A stretch of DNA of 64,000 nucleotides from an uncultured virus (IMG/VR IMGVR_UViG_3300020404_001964). Taxonomy: Duplodnaviria; Heunggongvirae; Uroviricota; Caudoviricetes. The notes under the pieces are model-generated. The model did not search any database. It saw only the letters and a program-made list of their open reading frames with translations, and was not told where the DNA came from. The stretch is from the IMG/VR virus record IMGVR_UViG_3300020404_001964, positions 1 through 64,000 of that record. One strand, written 5' to 3'. Positions within the stretch are counted from its first letter, which is position 1, and every line of letters starts with the position of its first letter. This document shows positions 1-10,042 of this stretch, one piece after another. The translations under genes and the position numbers were made by a program.

Positions 1-215
1 GGCAATACTCTTTCAAATGTGTCTGCTGTGTAAATTTTTGCTTGAGAAAAATAATCAAGCCAGGATTGAGTGCTTTCACCTTTGAAAGTACCAATTTCTA
101 ATATGTTGATTTTATCATTCTTAAATTTATCAAAATCTTGTTGATACAATTCATAGTATCTGTGCTTTGTAGCCTTATCACATTTATTTTTTATAAAAAT
201 TTCTTTTAAATTCAT
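1..215 (-). CDS. class I SAM-dependent (sugar O-)methyltransferase, partial (runs off the window)
   Basis: Not in the ORF track. Manual translation from ATG at 215 gives MNLKEIFIKNKCDKATKHRYYELYQQDFDKFKNDKINILEIGTFKGESTQSWLDYF..., with DK..H.Y and LEIG SAM motif I. Confidence 0.75.
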   Translation of the reverse strand, partial: MNLKEIFIKNKCDKATKHRYYELYQQDFDKFKNDKINILEIGTFKGESTQSWLDYFSQAKIYTADTFERVL

Positions 216-216
216 T

Positions 217-777
217 TTATTTCTTTCCTAATACAGTGTAGCCTGCGTTCAAAGTGTGCCTATAAACAAGTTTCCAATCTTGATGAGAGGATAAAAAATT
301 TTGCACAGATTTCCATAATCTTGGAAATAAAGTTGTATCATGTAGAACAATAGTTTGTGTTGTCCATGGAGAATACTTGTCTAATTCTTTTGCCACGTGT
401 TTTGGATTATGGTATCCGTCTATTAAAAGCACTTCAGTTTTTTTATCTATATTATATTTTAAAGAATCCGTTTGAATCATTTTAAATTCTATTTTATTTT
501 GTTGTGCGTGTGTTTCAAAAATATGTTTATGAGGATTAATATGAACAAAGTCAAGATCAATAGTTTCAATATATGGGATCATATTCATCATTGCTGTAGA
601 AGTAGAAGCACCCTGAAATGTTCCTATCTCTCTATAAGATTGAGCGTTTTTTGTCAATCTAGCAATTTCGTCTAGATAATCTGTGTATTGTTCTCCATGT
701 GCTTTCTGTAACTGTTGTTTCAACGAGATTTGATACTCATTAATGTTTGTTGCTTCCTTAAGATTTGCTACTATCAT
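217..777 (-). CDS. class I SAM-dependent methyltransferase (Methyltransf_24-like)
   Basis: EIGTFQGAST, LLIDGYH and VLHDT motifs. Start moved to 777 because of the ATGA overlap with the upstream stop. Confidence 0.75.
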   Translation of the reverse strand: MIVANLKEATNINEYQISLKQQLQKAHGEQYTDYLDEIARLTKNAQSYREIGTFQGASTSTAMMNMIPYIETIDLDFVHINPHKHIFETHAQQNKIEFKMIQTDSLKYNIDKKTEVLLIDGYHNPKHVAKELDKYSPWTTQTIVLHDTTLFPRLWKSVQNFLSSHQDWKLVYRHTLNAGYTVLGKK

Positions 778-1589
778 GATATACCTTCTACTTTCCATTC
801 TGATCTTGGTGAATTAGTAATGTGATACAGTTGTTCGTCACTAAAATAATCTGCACCACTTAATTGTACATGAACAAATTTAGTTGATGCGTTTCTACTG
901 TCATGTACTGGATCTTGTGATGCTAGAGGACCACGCACACCGTGAACATAATTATTCCATCCATTGTCTAATTCAGTATATTCACTGTGAACTATCATCA
1001 TGGCATGGAAATAATTTTGATCCACACTGTAAAATCTACCTAAGCCGCAGGATCTAATATAATTCTGATAATCTTGAAAAGGTACAAATTTTTCTCGAGC
1101 AAGTTGCATACCTTTCTTTGTAAACATCACCATTCCAGCATTATATACTTTTAAATAGCCGTCGGCATCCCGAGGCATGGTTGCGCCATATTTTGATTTG
1201 ACTGCTTGAGCCCACCGTTCGTCATTTTTTTTGTTTATGTTTTTACCTATGGTCGTTGATTCTCTATACTTGCCTTGAAAAGGTTCTGTGCAGATTCCAA
1301 AGTCTTTGATTGGCTCGTCAAAAATGTTTGCAGACAAGTTTTCAACTGGATATACATCTAAATCAATTACACAGACTTTATCGTATTCTAGAAAAGAATC
1401 ATCTAACATAGGATTCAACCATTCAAAATACATACCATCTTTGCGGACATATTTGCTGGCAATATTAGGACTTATATCTAATCGATAATCTGCACCAATT
1501 TTTTGTGCATACTTTCTAAAAAGTTTTTCACTATACCTACAACCTGGTCTCATCTCACCGGCCCACACTTGGTAAATTAAATTTTTCAT
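774..1589 (-). CDS. GT-A fold glycosyltransferase (GT8/GT34-like)
   Basis: DKVCVIDLDV (DxD), YNAGMVMF, DQNYFH, WN and FVH motifs. Confidence 0.7.
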   Translation of the reverse strand: MKNLIYQVWAGEMRPGCRYSEKLFRKYAQKIGADYRLDISPNIASKYVRKDGMYFEWLNPMLDDSFLEYDKVCVIDLDVYPVENLSANIFDEPIKDFGICTEPFQGKYRESTTIGKNINKKNDERWAQAVKSKYGATMPRDADGYLKVYNAGMVMFTKKGMQLAREKFVPFQDYQNYIRSCGLGRFYSVDQNYFHAMMIVHSEYTELDNGWNNYVHGVRGPLASQDPVHDSRNASTKFVHVQLSGADYFSDEQLYHITNSPRSEWKVEGIS

Positions 1590-2749
1590 TTTATTTCCTC
1601 TGCTAATTTTACATCTATGATGTCTTTTGGCTCATTCCTTATTTTCTTCATATTTTTTATTACATCTAAAGACACATATTTAAATCCATTGTAATATAAA
1701 TGATATATTGGATTGTTTACAATATTATCTAGAGTTACTTTGTAAAGATTTTCTAGATATTGATTATGAGAGTCAGCCGGTGGATTGTTATAATAAATTT
1801 TGTCTATATCTTTACAGTCTCTAAGTCCATATAATGAAAGCACAGTTGAACCTGTTATTATTTCATTTTCATTTGGTTTCATGTTACCCATCAGTTTTTT
1901 GTAATTGGGAAATGAAACGTTTTTTCTGTTGTTTAAAAAATGAATGCTATTGTTATTGAACACTGTTTTTGCTATTCGCACTGTGTCTTTATGAGTGTCA
2001 TTAATGTGAACTGAATGATTGCCAACTTTAAATAATGCTCTAATTTTGTTTTTCATTTCCTTCACAGTGTCAAGATTTTTAGCGTCTAACAATACAAAAG
2101 TTACTTGAGACATTCCCCTAAAACATTGTTTACATTTTTTTCTGATTGCTTTTTCTGTGCCCCAACCGTCAGAAAGATATATTTCTTTTATTAGACCAAG
2201 TTGTCCTGTGGAATTAAATGCTTCAGATGATTTGTAAAATATATTAGAATGTTTCTCAATAATATTCATGACTTCTGCCATGCGTGTATGAGCAATAGGA
2301 AACAAACACATCACATGAGTATTAGGTTTAAGTTTTGCATACTCTAATGCTGTTCTTTTCACTATAGATTGCGCCAATCCACGTTTAATAAAATATTCAC
2401 AATCACTTTCTACATAATTATTTTCATTTGGATTTGTATTTCTAATCTGAATTAATCTTTGATGATATAATGCGGCGGCTAATCTATGAGCACCGTTGAC
2501 GATGTGTCCTTCAGGATTTACCGGCACTGGTTCATCGACTGTGTTATTGATAATGGATTTAAATGCATTATCGAAATCTTCAAATCCGCGTTTTCTTGGA
2601 GAGCCTTCATAAAACCCATTCCAAATTCTAAGATGCTCTTTGTATGCATTTTTATAAAATTCACTTGTCAAATTCGACGCATACATATATTTGATAACAA
2701 CATCAAATCGTTTGTGTGTTAATAAATCATTTGGGTTCATTGTGTTCAT
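1586..2749 (-). CDS. multidomain protein: ParB/Srx-like + NDK-like + nucleotidyltransferase-like
   Basis: IVNGAHRLAAA (ParB-like); IRALF..GNHSVHINDT (NDK-like); ITGSTVLSLYGLRDCKDID (GS..DxD NTase motif). Confidence 0.5.
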   Translation of the reverse strand: MNTMNPNDLLTHKRFDVVIKYMYASNLTSEFYKNAYKEHLRIWNGFYEGSPRKRGFEDFDNAFKSIINNTVDEPVPVNPEGHIVNGAHRLAAALYHQRLIQIRNTNPNENNYVESDCEYFIKRGLAQSIVKRTALEYAKLKPNTHVMCLFPIAHTRMAEVMNIIEKHSNIFYKSSEAFNSTGQLGLIKEIYLSDGWGTEKAIRKKCKQCFRGMSQVTFVLLDAKNLDTVKEMKNKIRALFKVGNHSVHINDTHKDTVRIAKTVFNNNSIHFLNNRKNVSFPNYKKLMGNMKPNENEIITGSTVLSLYGLRDCKDIDKIYYNNPPADSHNQYLENLYKVTLDNIVNNPIYHLYYNGFKYVSLDVIKNMKKIRNEPKDIIDVKLAEEIK

Positions 2750-3600
2750 ACTTCATGCTCCAATGCATCTTTACACATATCAGCAACAGATTTAGTTTGC
2801 TCAAAGTGGATTGATTTAGTTGGTACAGTTGATACAGGTATATCACCTGGTCGTCTTTCTCTTTCAACTATGTGTAGGTTTTTCTTTGATACGTTGCACA
2901 TTGTATCTACAACCTCTCTTACACTTACACCCTCTGGTGATCCAAGACAATCGATGACTCCAGTGGGTTTATTTTCTACAACTTTGTGTAAAGAATCAAC
3001 AATGTCCACGACATGAGTATAATTCCTTATACAAGTACCATCGCGAGTATCATAATCTGTACCAAAGATTTCTAATGTATCGAATTTTCCGTTAGCCACT
3101 GCCGCGGCTTTTCTTATGAGATGAGAATATGCGTCATCAAATTTATTGAATCCGTTGTTACCACACACATTATAGAAACGTACAAGACTGTGATTCTTTT
3201 TGAACTGTTTAGTAAGTAATTCTCCACCATACTTTGTATTAGCATATGGTGATGCGGCAGGATCAAATGCCGAACCGGTAGAACAATAAACAAAGTGATC
3301 ACATTCAGCAAAGTCGATCACGTTTTTTGTACCAACCACATTTGTTTCATAATATAACCAAGGATTTTTTACTGATAAAGGAACCGATCCCATTGCTCCA
3401 ATATGCACAACTTTGTCGAAAGACATTCTCATTGGAGAAGGTTTACGAAAATCCCAGTCAATAATTTGTGATGAATATTTTTCTATGTTATTTTGTTTAA
3501 AATTAAAATCAGTGGCGATTACTTCATGACCATAATCTGCCGCAACCTTAACATAGTGAGCACCAATGTATCCTGTAGCGCCTGTTACTAATATTTTCAT
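2746..3600 (-). CDS. galE: NDP-sugar epimerase, UDP-glucose 4-epimerase-like
   Basis: GATGYIG Rossmann motif, YANTK (YxxxK), RFYNVCG, FGTDYDTRDGTCIRNYTHV, RRPGD. Confidence 0.8.
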   Translation of the reverse strand: MKILVTGATGYIGAHYVKVAADYGHEVIATDFNFKQNNIEKYSSQIIDWDFRKPSPMRMSFDKVVHIGAMGSVPLSVKNPWLYYETNVVGTKNVIDFAECDHFVYCSTGSAFDPAASPYANTKYGGELLTKQFKKNHSLVRFYNVCGNNGFNKFDDAYSHLIRKAAAVANGKFDTLEIFGTDYDTRDGTCIRNYTHVVDIVDSLHKVVENKPTGVIDCLGSPEGVSVREVVDTMCNVSKKNLHIVERERRPGDIPVSTVPTKSIHFEQTKSVADMCKDALEHEV

Positions 3601-3609
3601 TATATCTCC

Positions 3610-4272
3610 CTATTCAAAAATACCTTCTTGTTGCAGTTTTTTAAAAACTTCAAATTTAGGAACTTTTGGTCCTTCGAATTTCAACTTATGTCTAATATGT
3701 ATCATTTTTGCTTTTTCATATCCTGGAAAACAGTTTCCCCAACACCATTCTTCTGGTACATCTATTTGTTTCAATCCGGCTTGACTTGCCAATATATGAA
3801 CTATACCTTCGTCCAAATAGTTTTGGGCAAAAGGTTTCATTTCATTATCAACTATAAATTTTCTTAATTGTTTTCTTTGAGCATTAGTAAATTTCCAAAA
3901 TGCACCACCCCAAAAAGGACCATCTTTATACAAATATTTTTTATATTTTTTGTGTTTTAACATACTGTCAAAAAGTGTTTTTTGAGTTGCTGAATTTAAT
4001 CCAACTCCTGGTACATCAAATGCATTATCTTTCACACCTTTTACTACAAACATATCTAAATCTACCATTAACACATCTTCATATTTGTCAAATCTTTCGT
4101 CTAACATAATTAATTTTTGACATGGTGGTGATAACCATGATCGAAATTGATTGCCTAGAATTAATTCATATTCTGCACCACATTGTTTGGCATATTTTTC
4201 CATATTTGCTTTAGATGCCAATTCTAGAGGACCTAATGTTCCCGTCCAATGTTGTAAAATTATATTTTTCAT
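3610..4272 (-). CDS. GT-A fold glycosyltransferase
   Basis: EDVLMVDLDMF DxD motif; the N-terminus is paralogous to 774..1589 and 4269..5048. Confidence 0.65.
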   Translation of the reverse strand: MKNIILQHWTGTLGPLELASKANMEKYAKQCGAEYELILGNQFRSWLSPPCQKLIMLDERFDKYEDVLMVDLDMFVVKGVKDNAFDVPGVGLNSATQKTLFDSMLKHKKYKKYLYKDGPFWGGAFWKFTNAQRKQLRKFIVDNEMKPFAQNYLDEGIVHILASQAGLKQIDVPEEWCWGNCFPGYEKAKMIHIRHKLKFEGPKVPKFEVFKKLQQEGIFE

Positions 4273-5048
4273 ATTTTTTTCAATATTTCTTCTATGTTTT
4301 CACCACGTTGTGGTAATTTATCACGTAAAAAGAAGTGAACAAAGTGACTTTCTTTCTGTTTATGTTTTTCAACTGCGGTATATAATGAATTCCAACGCCA
4401 GTCCATATTTTTAACTTTCATTTTTTCTTTTTTCACCCACCAGTTCAACAACATCTGATCTGTACTCCATTTATAAAAACCAACTCCATCAACAAAATCT
4501 TTAAATTCAGGTCTTGAGATAAATTCCTTAGGTGTTTGACCTTGTAAATATTTTGCAAACGATTTATTCATCACCATCAGTCCCATATTGTAAAATTCTG
4601 CACCAAGATTATTCCATTTCCAGTCAACGTCTTTTAAATTTGTGAAAGCACTTCTTGAATATTTTGTAATTTTATTCTTATATTTGTGATTTAGCGGTAA
4701 TTCTCTTTCAGCAACGCCACCAAAATCATACTCTAGCGGTAAATCTAAGAAAATGTCAGGAGCATTGGATTTTATGTAGATGTCACTGTCAACTATTGCT
4801 ATCTGATCATATCTATCAAAGTATTCAAAGGCATTTTCTTTTTCGTAAATTGGCATATATCCCAATCTTTCCACTGCTTCTTTACTTCTACCTGTTCTTT
4901 CCATATCAGGTCGTATTTTTAATTTAGGTTCAGTGAGAACTATGTGATCTATACCGTATTTTTTGCAATATTCTGCCACACTATCAATACAAGTGCTATA
5001 AAGTTTGCTTGGCTTACCAACACTTACTTGAAATATCAATTTTTTCAT
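4269..5048 (-). CDS. GT-A fold glycosyltransferase (GT8-like)
   Basis: YDQIAIVDSDIY, YNMGLMV, DQMLLN, WRWN and FVHF motifs. Confidence 0.75.
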   Translation of the reverse strand: MKKLIFQVSVGKPSKLYSTCIDSVAEYCKKYGIDHIVLTEPKLKIRPDMERTGRSKEAVERLGYMPIYEKENAFEYFDRYDQIAIVDSDIYIKSNAPDIFLDLPLEYDFGGVAERELPLNHKYKNKITKYSRSAFTNLKDVDWKWNNLGAEFYNMGLMVMNKSFAKYLQGQTPKEFISRPEFKDFVDGVGFYKWSTDQMLLNWWVKKEKMKVKNMDWRWNSLYTAVEKHKQKESHFVHFFLRDKLPQRGENIEEILKKI

Positions 5049-5626
5049 TTATAATCCTTTGTAAAACTGAAATTTTTTTTAGAAAATGTAACTTTGTTAT
5101 CTAAATCAAAGTCTACATTACAAATTCCATTGTTCAAACACCAATCTGCCGGCATTGCTCCATTCTTGTCTATCCAACTAACAATTTTTTTTGCTCCTGC
5201 TGGTGTAATACAGTAGGCTCTTGCACCTTCCCACCATTGTCCAACGTTCATAGGTTTTGCTGGACGAAATCCTTCGAATTTTATGACATCTTTAAAATTT
5301 TTCTCAATTGAAAAACGTTTCTTGAACAAAACATCATGTTCAAAAATACAGATATTGTCTTTTTGCTCGGCACATTGTTTCCATAAATTATATTGACTTA
5401 AAAAACAACCTTGTGTTCCTGGTCTTGACAGCAAACGCACACATTTTTTACTTCCTTGGTAAATTTTAACAGCAAAGTCGTCTAGACCTTGTTTAGTTCC
5501 ATCAATGCCTTCATATAATTCAAGATTCCAACCCAATGCCTTGCCTGATGCCAGTGCTTCATTGGCCCATTGCACTGAATATTCATGATTTTTCACGTAA
5601 ATGATATATCCTTTAGGATTTTCCAT
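5045..5626 (-). CDS. glycosyltransferase family 25-like
   Basis: GCFLSQYNLW, IFEHDV, AYCITPAGAKK and PAD motifs. Confidence 0.75.
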   Translation of the reverse strand: MENPKGYIIYVKNHEYSVQWANEALASGKALGWNLELYEGIDGTKQGLDDFAVKIYQGSKKCVRLLSRPGTQGCFLSQYNLWKQCAEQKDNICIFEHDVLFKKRFSIEKNFKDVIKFEGFRPAKPMNVGQWWEGARAYCITPAGAKKIVSWIDKNGAMPADWCLNNGICNVDFDLDNKVTFSKKNFSFTKDYK

Positions 5627-6461
5627 AATTTTTGTTCCGTTCTTTATGAAATCTTAATTTTTCTTTATCCGTGAACCAAGTATACTTCAAGGTTTTGTAT
5701 CTGTGTCCATATTTCTTATTTCCTTTTGCTGTACTGAATATTTCTCCTGCAGATTTTAGTCCCCAACTGTTCCAATGATAAGGAATAGACTCAAAATTCC
5801 TTTTGTCTAAAATATCTTTCAATATATGTTGATCTATAAACCAATATATAGGTTTTTTAAATGCATCTATCATATTTTTTGAAAGTTCTGTTTTAAATTC
5901 ACTGCCTGCTGAACCTATTCCTGGAGAAATACAACTTGCAATATAAACTGACTGATCTTTTGGCTTTCTCATTGCACAAGGTTGTCTTGTTATTCTTTTA
6001 AAATCATGTATAGCAAAAGTATTTCTACAAATTCCGTCTGCATCTATTTGTAAGACGTGTTGATAGTGATCAAAAAGTTTATTCATCAACATAAATCTTG
6101 CACTTGACAAATAAATTTTTCTTTTTAGGTCATAATCATTTTTTGTTCCGCAAATTTCCGGTCCTCTAGCAAATACAGGGTGTTCTTTGTTCAATTGAAA
6201 CTGATCATAAAAATCTTTTGGGTGTCTTTCGAATGTGTACGTGATACTTGCATTTTTTATTAAATGTTTCATGGAGTGTTCTTGACCTTCTTCATAAATC
6301 ATGTGTACATGAACATGACTTTGTTTACCATTGTAATATAAAGTGCTTCTTGCAAGATATTGTCCGTATTCTGCCCAGTATTGTGGATCACAACTGAAAT
6401 AAATTATGCATTGTTTGTTTTCAGGTCTATCACCTTGTATTATCTGTTGATCAAAAATCAT
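5613..6461 (-). CDS. putative glycosyltransferase / nucleotide-diphospho-sugar transferase
   Basis: ARF...VLQIDADGI (DxD) and WFIDQ; lies inside the glycosyltransferase operon. Confidence 0.5.
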   Translation of the reverse strand: MIFDQQIIQGDRPENKQCIIYFSCDPQYWAEYGQYLARSTLYYNGKQSHVHVHMIYEEGQEHSMKHLIKNASITYTFERHPKDFYDQFQLNKEHPVFARGPEICGTKNDYDLKRKIYLSSARFMLMNKLFDHYQHVLQIDADGICRNTFAIHDFKRITRQPCAMRKPKDQSVYIASCISPGIGSAGSEFKTELSKNMIDAFKKPIYWFIDQHILKDILDKRNFESIPYHWNSWGLKSAGEIFSTAKGNKKYGHRYKTLKYTWFTDKEKLRFHKERNKNYGKS

Positions 6462-7168
6462 TTTCTATATTTCTTAGGTCTACAAAAACTGTTTGCACTT
6501 CTTTGTTTATGGTTTATCCAATATTTTTCATTTATTCTAAAATAACTTGTATCTGTATATTTTAAATTGACAGCAACTGAATTAAGAGCAACATCTGGAC
6601 TCAATGCACCTTTGGCCCAAACATAATCGATCATTTTGTTTGCTCCTATTGGTGTAATAATGTAACTGTGACTGCCTTTGATACTTGTTTTATTCAATAA
6701 TTCTGTGCCTGATAAATTAGGAATCCTATCGCAGTGATTATGTATACCTTCTCCACGATCACTTAAACAATGTGCATTGTAATCTTTAACAATTCTGCTG
6801 AATCTATCAAGATGTAATACATCTTCAAATTTGCTTAAAAAATATTCAGGTATGTCACGTAATTGTACTGCGTCATGTTCTAATATTAAAAAAGGTTCAT
6901 TTTTTTCTCTACACAATTTCCACAACCTTAGATGGGATAACAAACAACCTATTATTCCCGGATTTAATATTTTAAATTTTTGTCCAATTTTAAATCTCTT
7001 CAGTTCGTGTTCTTTCCAATGGATGTCTACATCATTTCCATATGTTGCAGGAAACTTTTGACCTTGTTCACCAAATTTACCAACGGATTCTAGTGTATCT
7101 TTTGCTAAGGCTTCACTTAAAGGTTCGCCCATCATGGTTATCACGTATGTTGGAATTTTTAAAGACAT
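6458..7168 (-). CDS. glycosyltransferase family 25-like
   Basis: IGCLLSHLRLW, LILEHDA and SYIITPIGA. Start moved to 7168 (MSLKIP), 8 nt after an ATAAATA motif, which also avoids overlap with uvsY. Confidence 0.75.
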   Translation of the reverse strand: MSLKIPTYVITMMGEPLSEALAKDTLESVGKFGEQGQKFPATYGNDVDIHWKEHELKRFKIGQKFKILNPGIIGCLLSHLRLWKLCREKNEPFLILEHDAVQLRDIPEYFLSKFEDVLHLDRFSRIVKDYNAHCLSDRGEGIHNHCDRIPNLSGTELLNKTSIKGSHSYIITPIGANKMIDYVWAKGALSPDVALNSVAVNLKYTDTSYFRINEKYWINHKQRSANSFCRPKKYRK

Positions 7169-7176
7169 ATTTTGAA

Positions 7177-7183
7177 TATTTAT
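7177..7183 (-). promoter_or_regulatory. putative late promoter (ATAAATA) of the glycosyltransferase operon
   Basis: Resembles the T4 late -10 element TATAAATA; lies in the gap just upstream of the first gene of the operon. Confidence 0.55.
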
Positions 7184-7205
7184 TGGATTGTATTTTTGGT
7201 GTGCT

Positions 7206-7664
7206 TTAGATAGAAGCGTCTTCCATTCCAGCAACTCTCAGTTTAACAATGTTTGTGATTTGCCATTGTTTTTGGTCTAGTCCTTTTGTAATTCCTAGCC
7301 ATTTATTTCTTAACAATGCAAATTCATTGATTATTTTTTCATAATCAACCACATCATCTTCACCGTCAACATATTTTTCAACGTCTCTGCTGGATAGTGC
7401 TCTTTGATAATTTTCTAAATATTTTTTGAAATGTTTTGAACGCAGTCTACGTAATTCTATGTTCATATACTGCAATATTGCTTCAATTTCTTGCAGTTGA
7501 TTGAATCTTTGTTCTACGATACCAGGCATATCTGCTGATGCTTTCTCAACATTGCCTTTTATTTTTATTTCGTAACGTGCTTGTTGTAACTCGTCTTCAT
7601 AATGTTTGATGGCATCAGGAATAGCACTGATGTCTTTGGCTATTTTTTGATACCATCCTGACAT
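7206..7664 (-). CDS. uvsY: recombination mediator UvsY-like
   Basis: Helical protein with YLENYQRALSSRDVEKYVDGE and KQWQITNIVKLR; adjacent to uvsX and ssb. Confidence 0.75.
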   Translation of the reverse strand: MSGWYQKIAKDISAIPDAIKHYEDELQQARYEIKIKGNVEKASADMPGIVEQRFNQLQEIEAILQYMNIELRRLRSKHFKKYLENYQRALSSRDVEKYVDGEDDVVDYEKIINEFALLRNKWLGITKGLDQKQWQITNIVKLRVAGMEDASI

Positions 7665-7885
7665 TAATAGTCCTCTTCTTCCGAGTCTTCGATTTCTAAA
7701 CAGTATGTAATTGCTTTGTCTAAATCATCATCGGCGCCAAGAGCATCTTTTAAATCATCATCTTCTGCTCCGTGATCCACCAGTAAGTCTACAAATTTTT
7801 CTGCAATAACATCCATTGGTTGTTTTCTATCTATGTACTCTTTGAAAAATGTCCATAGTTCCACAACTTGACTTCCAGATAACAT
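7664..7885 (-). CDS. hypothetical acidic protein
   Basis: 73-aa ORF tightly packed between uvsX and uvsY. Confidence 0.7.
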   Translation of the reverse strand: MLSGSQVVELWTFFKEYIDRKQPMDVIAEKFVDLLVDHGAEDDDLKDALGADDDLDKAITYCLEIEDSEEEDY

Positions 7886-7886
7886 C

Positions 7887-8942
7887 TTACTCCTCTTCTT
7901 TTACAGTTTCTTTGTCTTCTGCAGGTACTAAACTACTAAAATCTTTCATTATATTATCTAATAGTTCGCCACCTGATTCCCAAACTCTTCTATATTCTTT
8001 GACTTCCGTTCCTTTGGAGTCAACATATTTAAGTCTGTTACCGTCTTTAGTTAAGATGCCTTTTTTCTCAAACAAGTCAACAAGTCCACTGTAAGGATTC
8101 ATTCCTGTTTCATATGGAATCTTAACTTGTACGCCTTCAAAAGGTTTAGCATATCTTGTTTTCATAACTTTACAAGCCGCTCTTATACCTTTTACATCAG
8201 TTGTTTTGTTACCTTCTTCATCTTCTTTTAATTTTAGTTTACGCATTGCAACCACAATTGAACTTGCATAGATAAATCCTTGTCCGCCTGATATTTTATC
8301 ATCTGGATCAAACATATCTTGCGATGCGTATGTGTGATTAGTTGCAACAAGTCCTACATTGTGACTACCAAACATATTAACGCAGTTTCTTACAAGTGCC
8401 GTTAGTGCCTTAGGTTTTCTACCCATGTCACCTTTTAAATCACCTTTACCAAACTGATCAACATCTGTTGGAGTTAACAACATACCCAAAGAATCTATCA
8501 CAAATAATACTTTTGGACGATCATCTTCTGACATTGCTTTGTAATCTGTCATAAATGTTGATACAGTTTTTGCAACGTCATCAATCATTGACATATTAAG
8601 TTTTAATAATTTTTTCTCATCTGTGTCTACGTCTAATGCGTGTAACCATTGTTCATCTAATGCGTTTTCTGAATCAACGAGTACAACAAATATACCTTGA
8701 TCCTGTGCCGCTTTTACAATGTTTCCTGCACAAATATAAGATTTACCAGAACCAGACTCGCCTGCAAACACAGTTACTTTGCCTAGTGGTATACCTTTGT
8801 TAAAATCTCCACTTACTAGATAGTTAAGTGCATAATTTCCTGTTGAAATCCAATCTGTTGGATCATGAAATCCAGCACTCATACCTGTAATGGATTTTGT
8901 TAAATTTTTTCTAAATTTACTTACGTCAAATGCCTTTACCAT
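7887..8942 (-). CDS. uvsX: RecA-family recombinase UvsX
   Basis: Walker A GESGSGKS, DSENALD, Walker B VIDSLG, TNHTY and SGG.GF.YASS. Confidence 0.92.
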   Translation of the reverse strand: MVKAFDVSKFRKNLTKSITGMSAGFHDPTDWISTGNYALNYLVSGDFNKGIPLGKVTVFAGESGSGKSYICAGNIVKAAQDQGIFVVLVDSENALDEQWLHALDVDTDEKKLLKLNMSMIDDVAKTVSTFMTDYKAMSEDDRPKVLFVIDSLGMLLTPTDVDQFGKGDLKGDMGRKPKALTALVRNCVNMFGSHNVGLVATNHTYASQDMFDPDDKISGGQGFIYASSIVVAMRKLKLKEDEEGNKTTDVKGIRAACKVMKTRYAKPFEGVQVKIPYETGMNPYSGLVDLFEKKGILTKDGNRLKYVDSKGTEVKEYRRVWESGGELLDNIMKDFSSLVPAEDKETVKEEE

Positions 8943-8962
8943 AATATTTTCCCTTTAAGTTA

Positions 8963-8984
8963 TGTGGGGAGTTGCCTCCCCACA
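8963..8984 (-). terminator. GC-rich hairpin after ssb (weak terminator or RNA-stabilising stem)
   Basis: TGTGGGGAG-GCAA-CTCCCCACA: perfect 9-bp stem with a GNRA loop, but only a weak U-tract. Confidence 0.55.
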
Positions 8985-8994
8985 GTATACTTCT

Positions 8995-9960
8995 TTATTT
9001 TTGTTGTCTTGCTCTTATCATTGCCAAGATGTCCTCTGCTTTACTACCTGATTTATTATCATCTGTAGCAGGCTTTGGTGCTTCTTGAGTTTTAGTTTCT
9101 GCAACTGGTTCCGCTTTTACTTCCGGAGCAGGTGTTTCTGCTTTTGGAGTAACTGGATCTCCTGTTCTTGAACTAGCACCTGCTGGTCTGAAGTACTGAC
9201 CAAATTTTTCTTGATCATATGCTTCACCGTCAACTGATGCTTCAAACATCTCTTTCATTACTTTAACTTCTACTTCAGAAGGTTTTTTAGGAAGGAAACC
9301 ATTTAAGTCAAATAGACCATTGGATTCAATCGCTTTATTTTCTTCTTCAGTTAAAGGTCTTGATTTTCTTGACCATGTTGATGTTGAATAATCAGCATAA
9401 CCACCTTTTGATGTTTTGATTATTCTGAAGTCAACACCGTTTGTTGAGTCTGTTGGAAGATCTTCCATATCTGGATCCATTAATGCTCCTTTAATTATTT
9501 GGAATATTTGTGGACCAATTATAAATCTTCTAATTGGATTCTCTGGAGTGTTTTCTTCGTTTAGTGGATCATCTTTCACAAAACCTTGGAAGATATAACT
9601 TCTTTTCTTCCAATATTTTCTTCCCATGTCCTCTAATTTAGGATCCTTGAACCAACCTCTTACTTCAGAAAGTATTGGACAAGTTTCACCATACATTTCC
9701 ATACATGGTACTTGTACTGTTGTTGGTCTTGAATCAGTATCACCTTTTACTCCTGCGAAAGGAAGTTTGATCATCAATCTCTCTTTCCAGAAAAAAGTGT
9801 TTTCTTTGTCGCCATCTGGCAAGAAACGAACAGTTGCCTGTTCTCCTTCTTTTAGATTCCAAAATGGGTAAATGGCGTTGTCTCCGCCGGTTCTTGAAGA
9901 GCCACCTGACTTTGTTTCTTGTTCTTTCAGTTTTGCTCTTATCTCTGCTAATGTTGCCAT
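8995..9960 (-). CDS. single-stranded DNA-binding protein, T4 gp32-like
   Basis: VRFLPDGD, CPIL, KYWKKRSY, IGPQIF and KGGYADYSTS; upstream of uvsX and uvsY; GGAGG ribosome-binding site. Confidence 0.88.
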   Translation of the reverse strand: MATLAEIRAKLKEQETKSGGSSRTGGDNAIYPFWNLKEGEQATVRFLPDGDKENTFFWKERLMIKLPFAGVKGDTDSRPTTVQVPCMEMYGETCPILSEVRGWFKDPKLEDMGRKYWKKRSYIFQGFVKDDPLNEENTPENPIRRFIIGPQIFQIIKGALMDPDMEDLPTDSTNGVDFRIIKTSKGGYADYSTSTWSRKSRPLTEEENKAIESNGLFDLNGFLPKKPSEVEVKVMKEMFEASVDGEAYDQEKFGQYFRPAGASSRTGDPVTPKAETPAPEVKAEPVAETKTQEAPKPATDDNKSGSKAEDILAMIRARQQK

Positions 9961-10013
9961 AATGTTTAGCCTCCTATATTGCCTGTTATTATTATGTGCC
10001 TGTTAATGTTATT

Positions 10014-10042
10014 AGTATAGCACAAGACAAACATATTGTCAA
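10014..10042 (-). promoter_or_regulatory. sigma70-type promoter for ssb-uvsX-uvsY
   Basis: TTGACA (10037-10042), 17-nt spacer, TATACT (10014-10019), with TG just upstream of the -10. Confidence 0.75.

Noticed and set aside
1..7168. Bacterial LPS/capsule locus (host contamination or prophage flank)
   Set aside because: It is co-oriented and contiguous with uvsY, has similar composition, and is preceded by the phage late-promoter motif; no transport or polymerase genes are seen.
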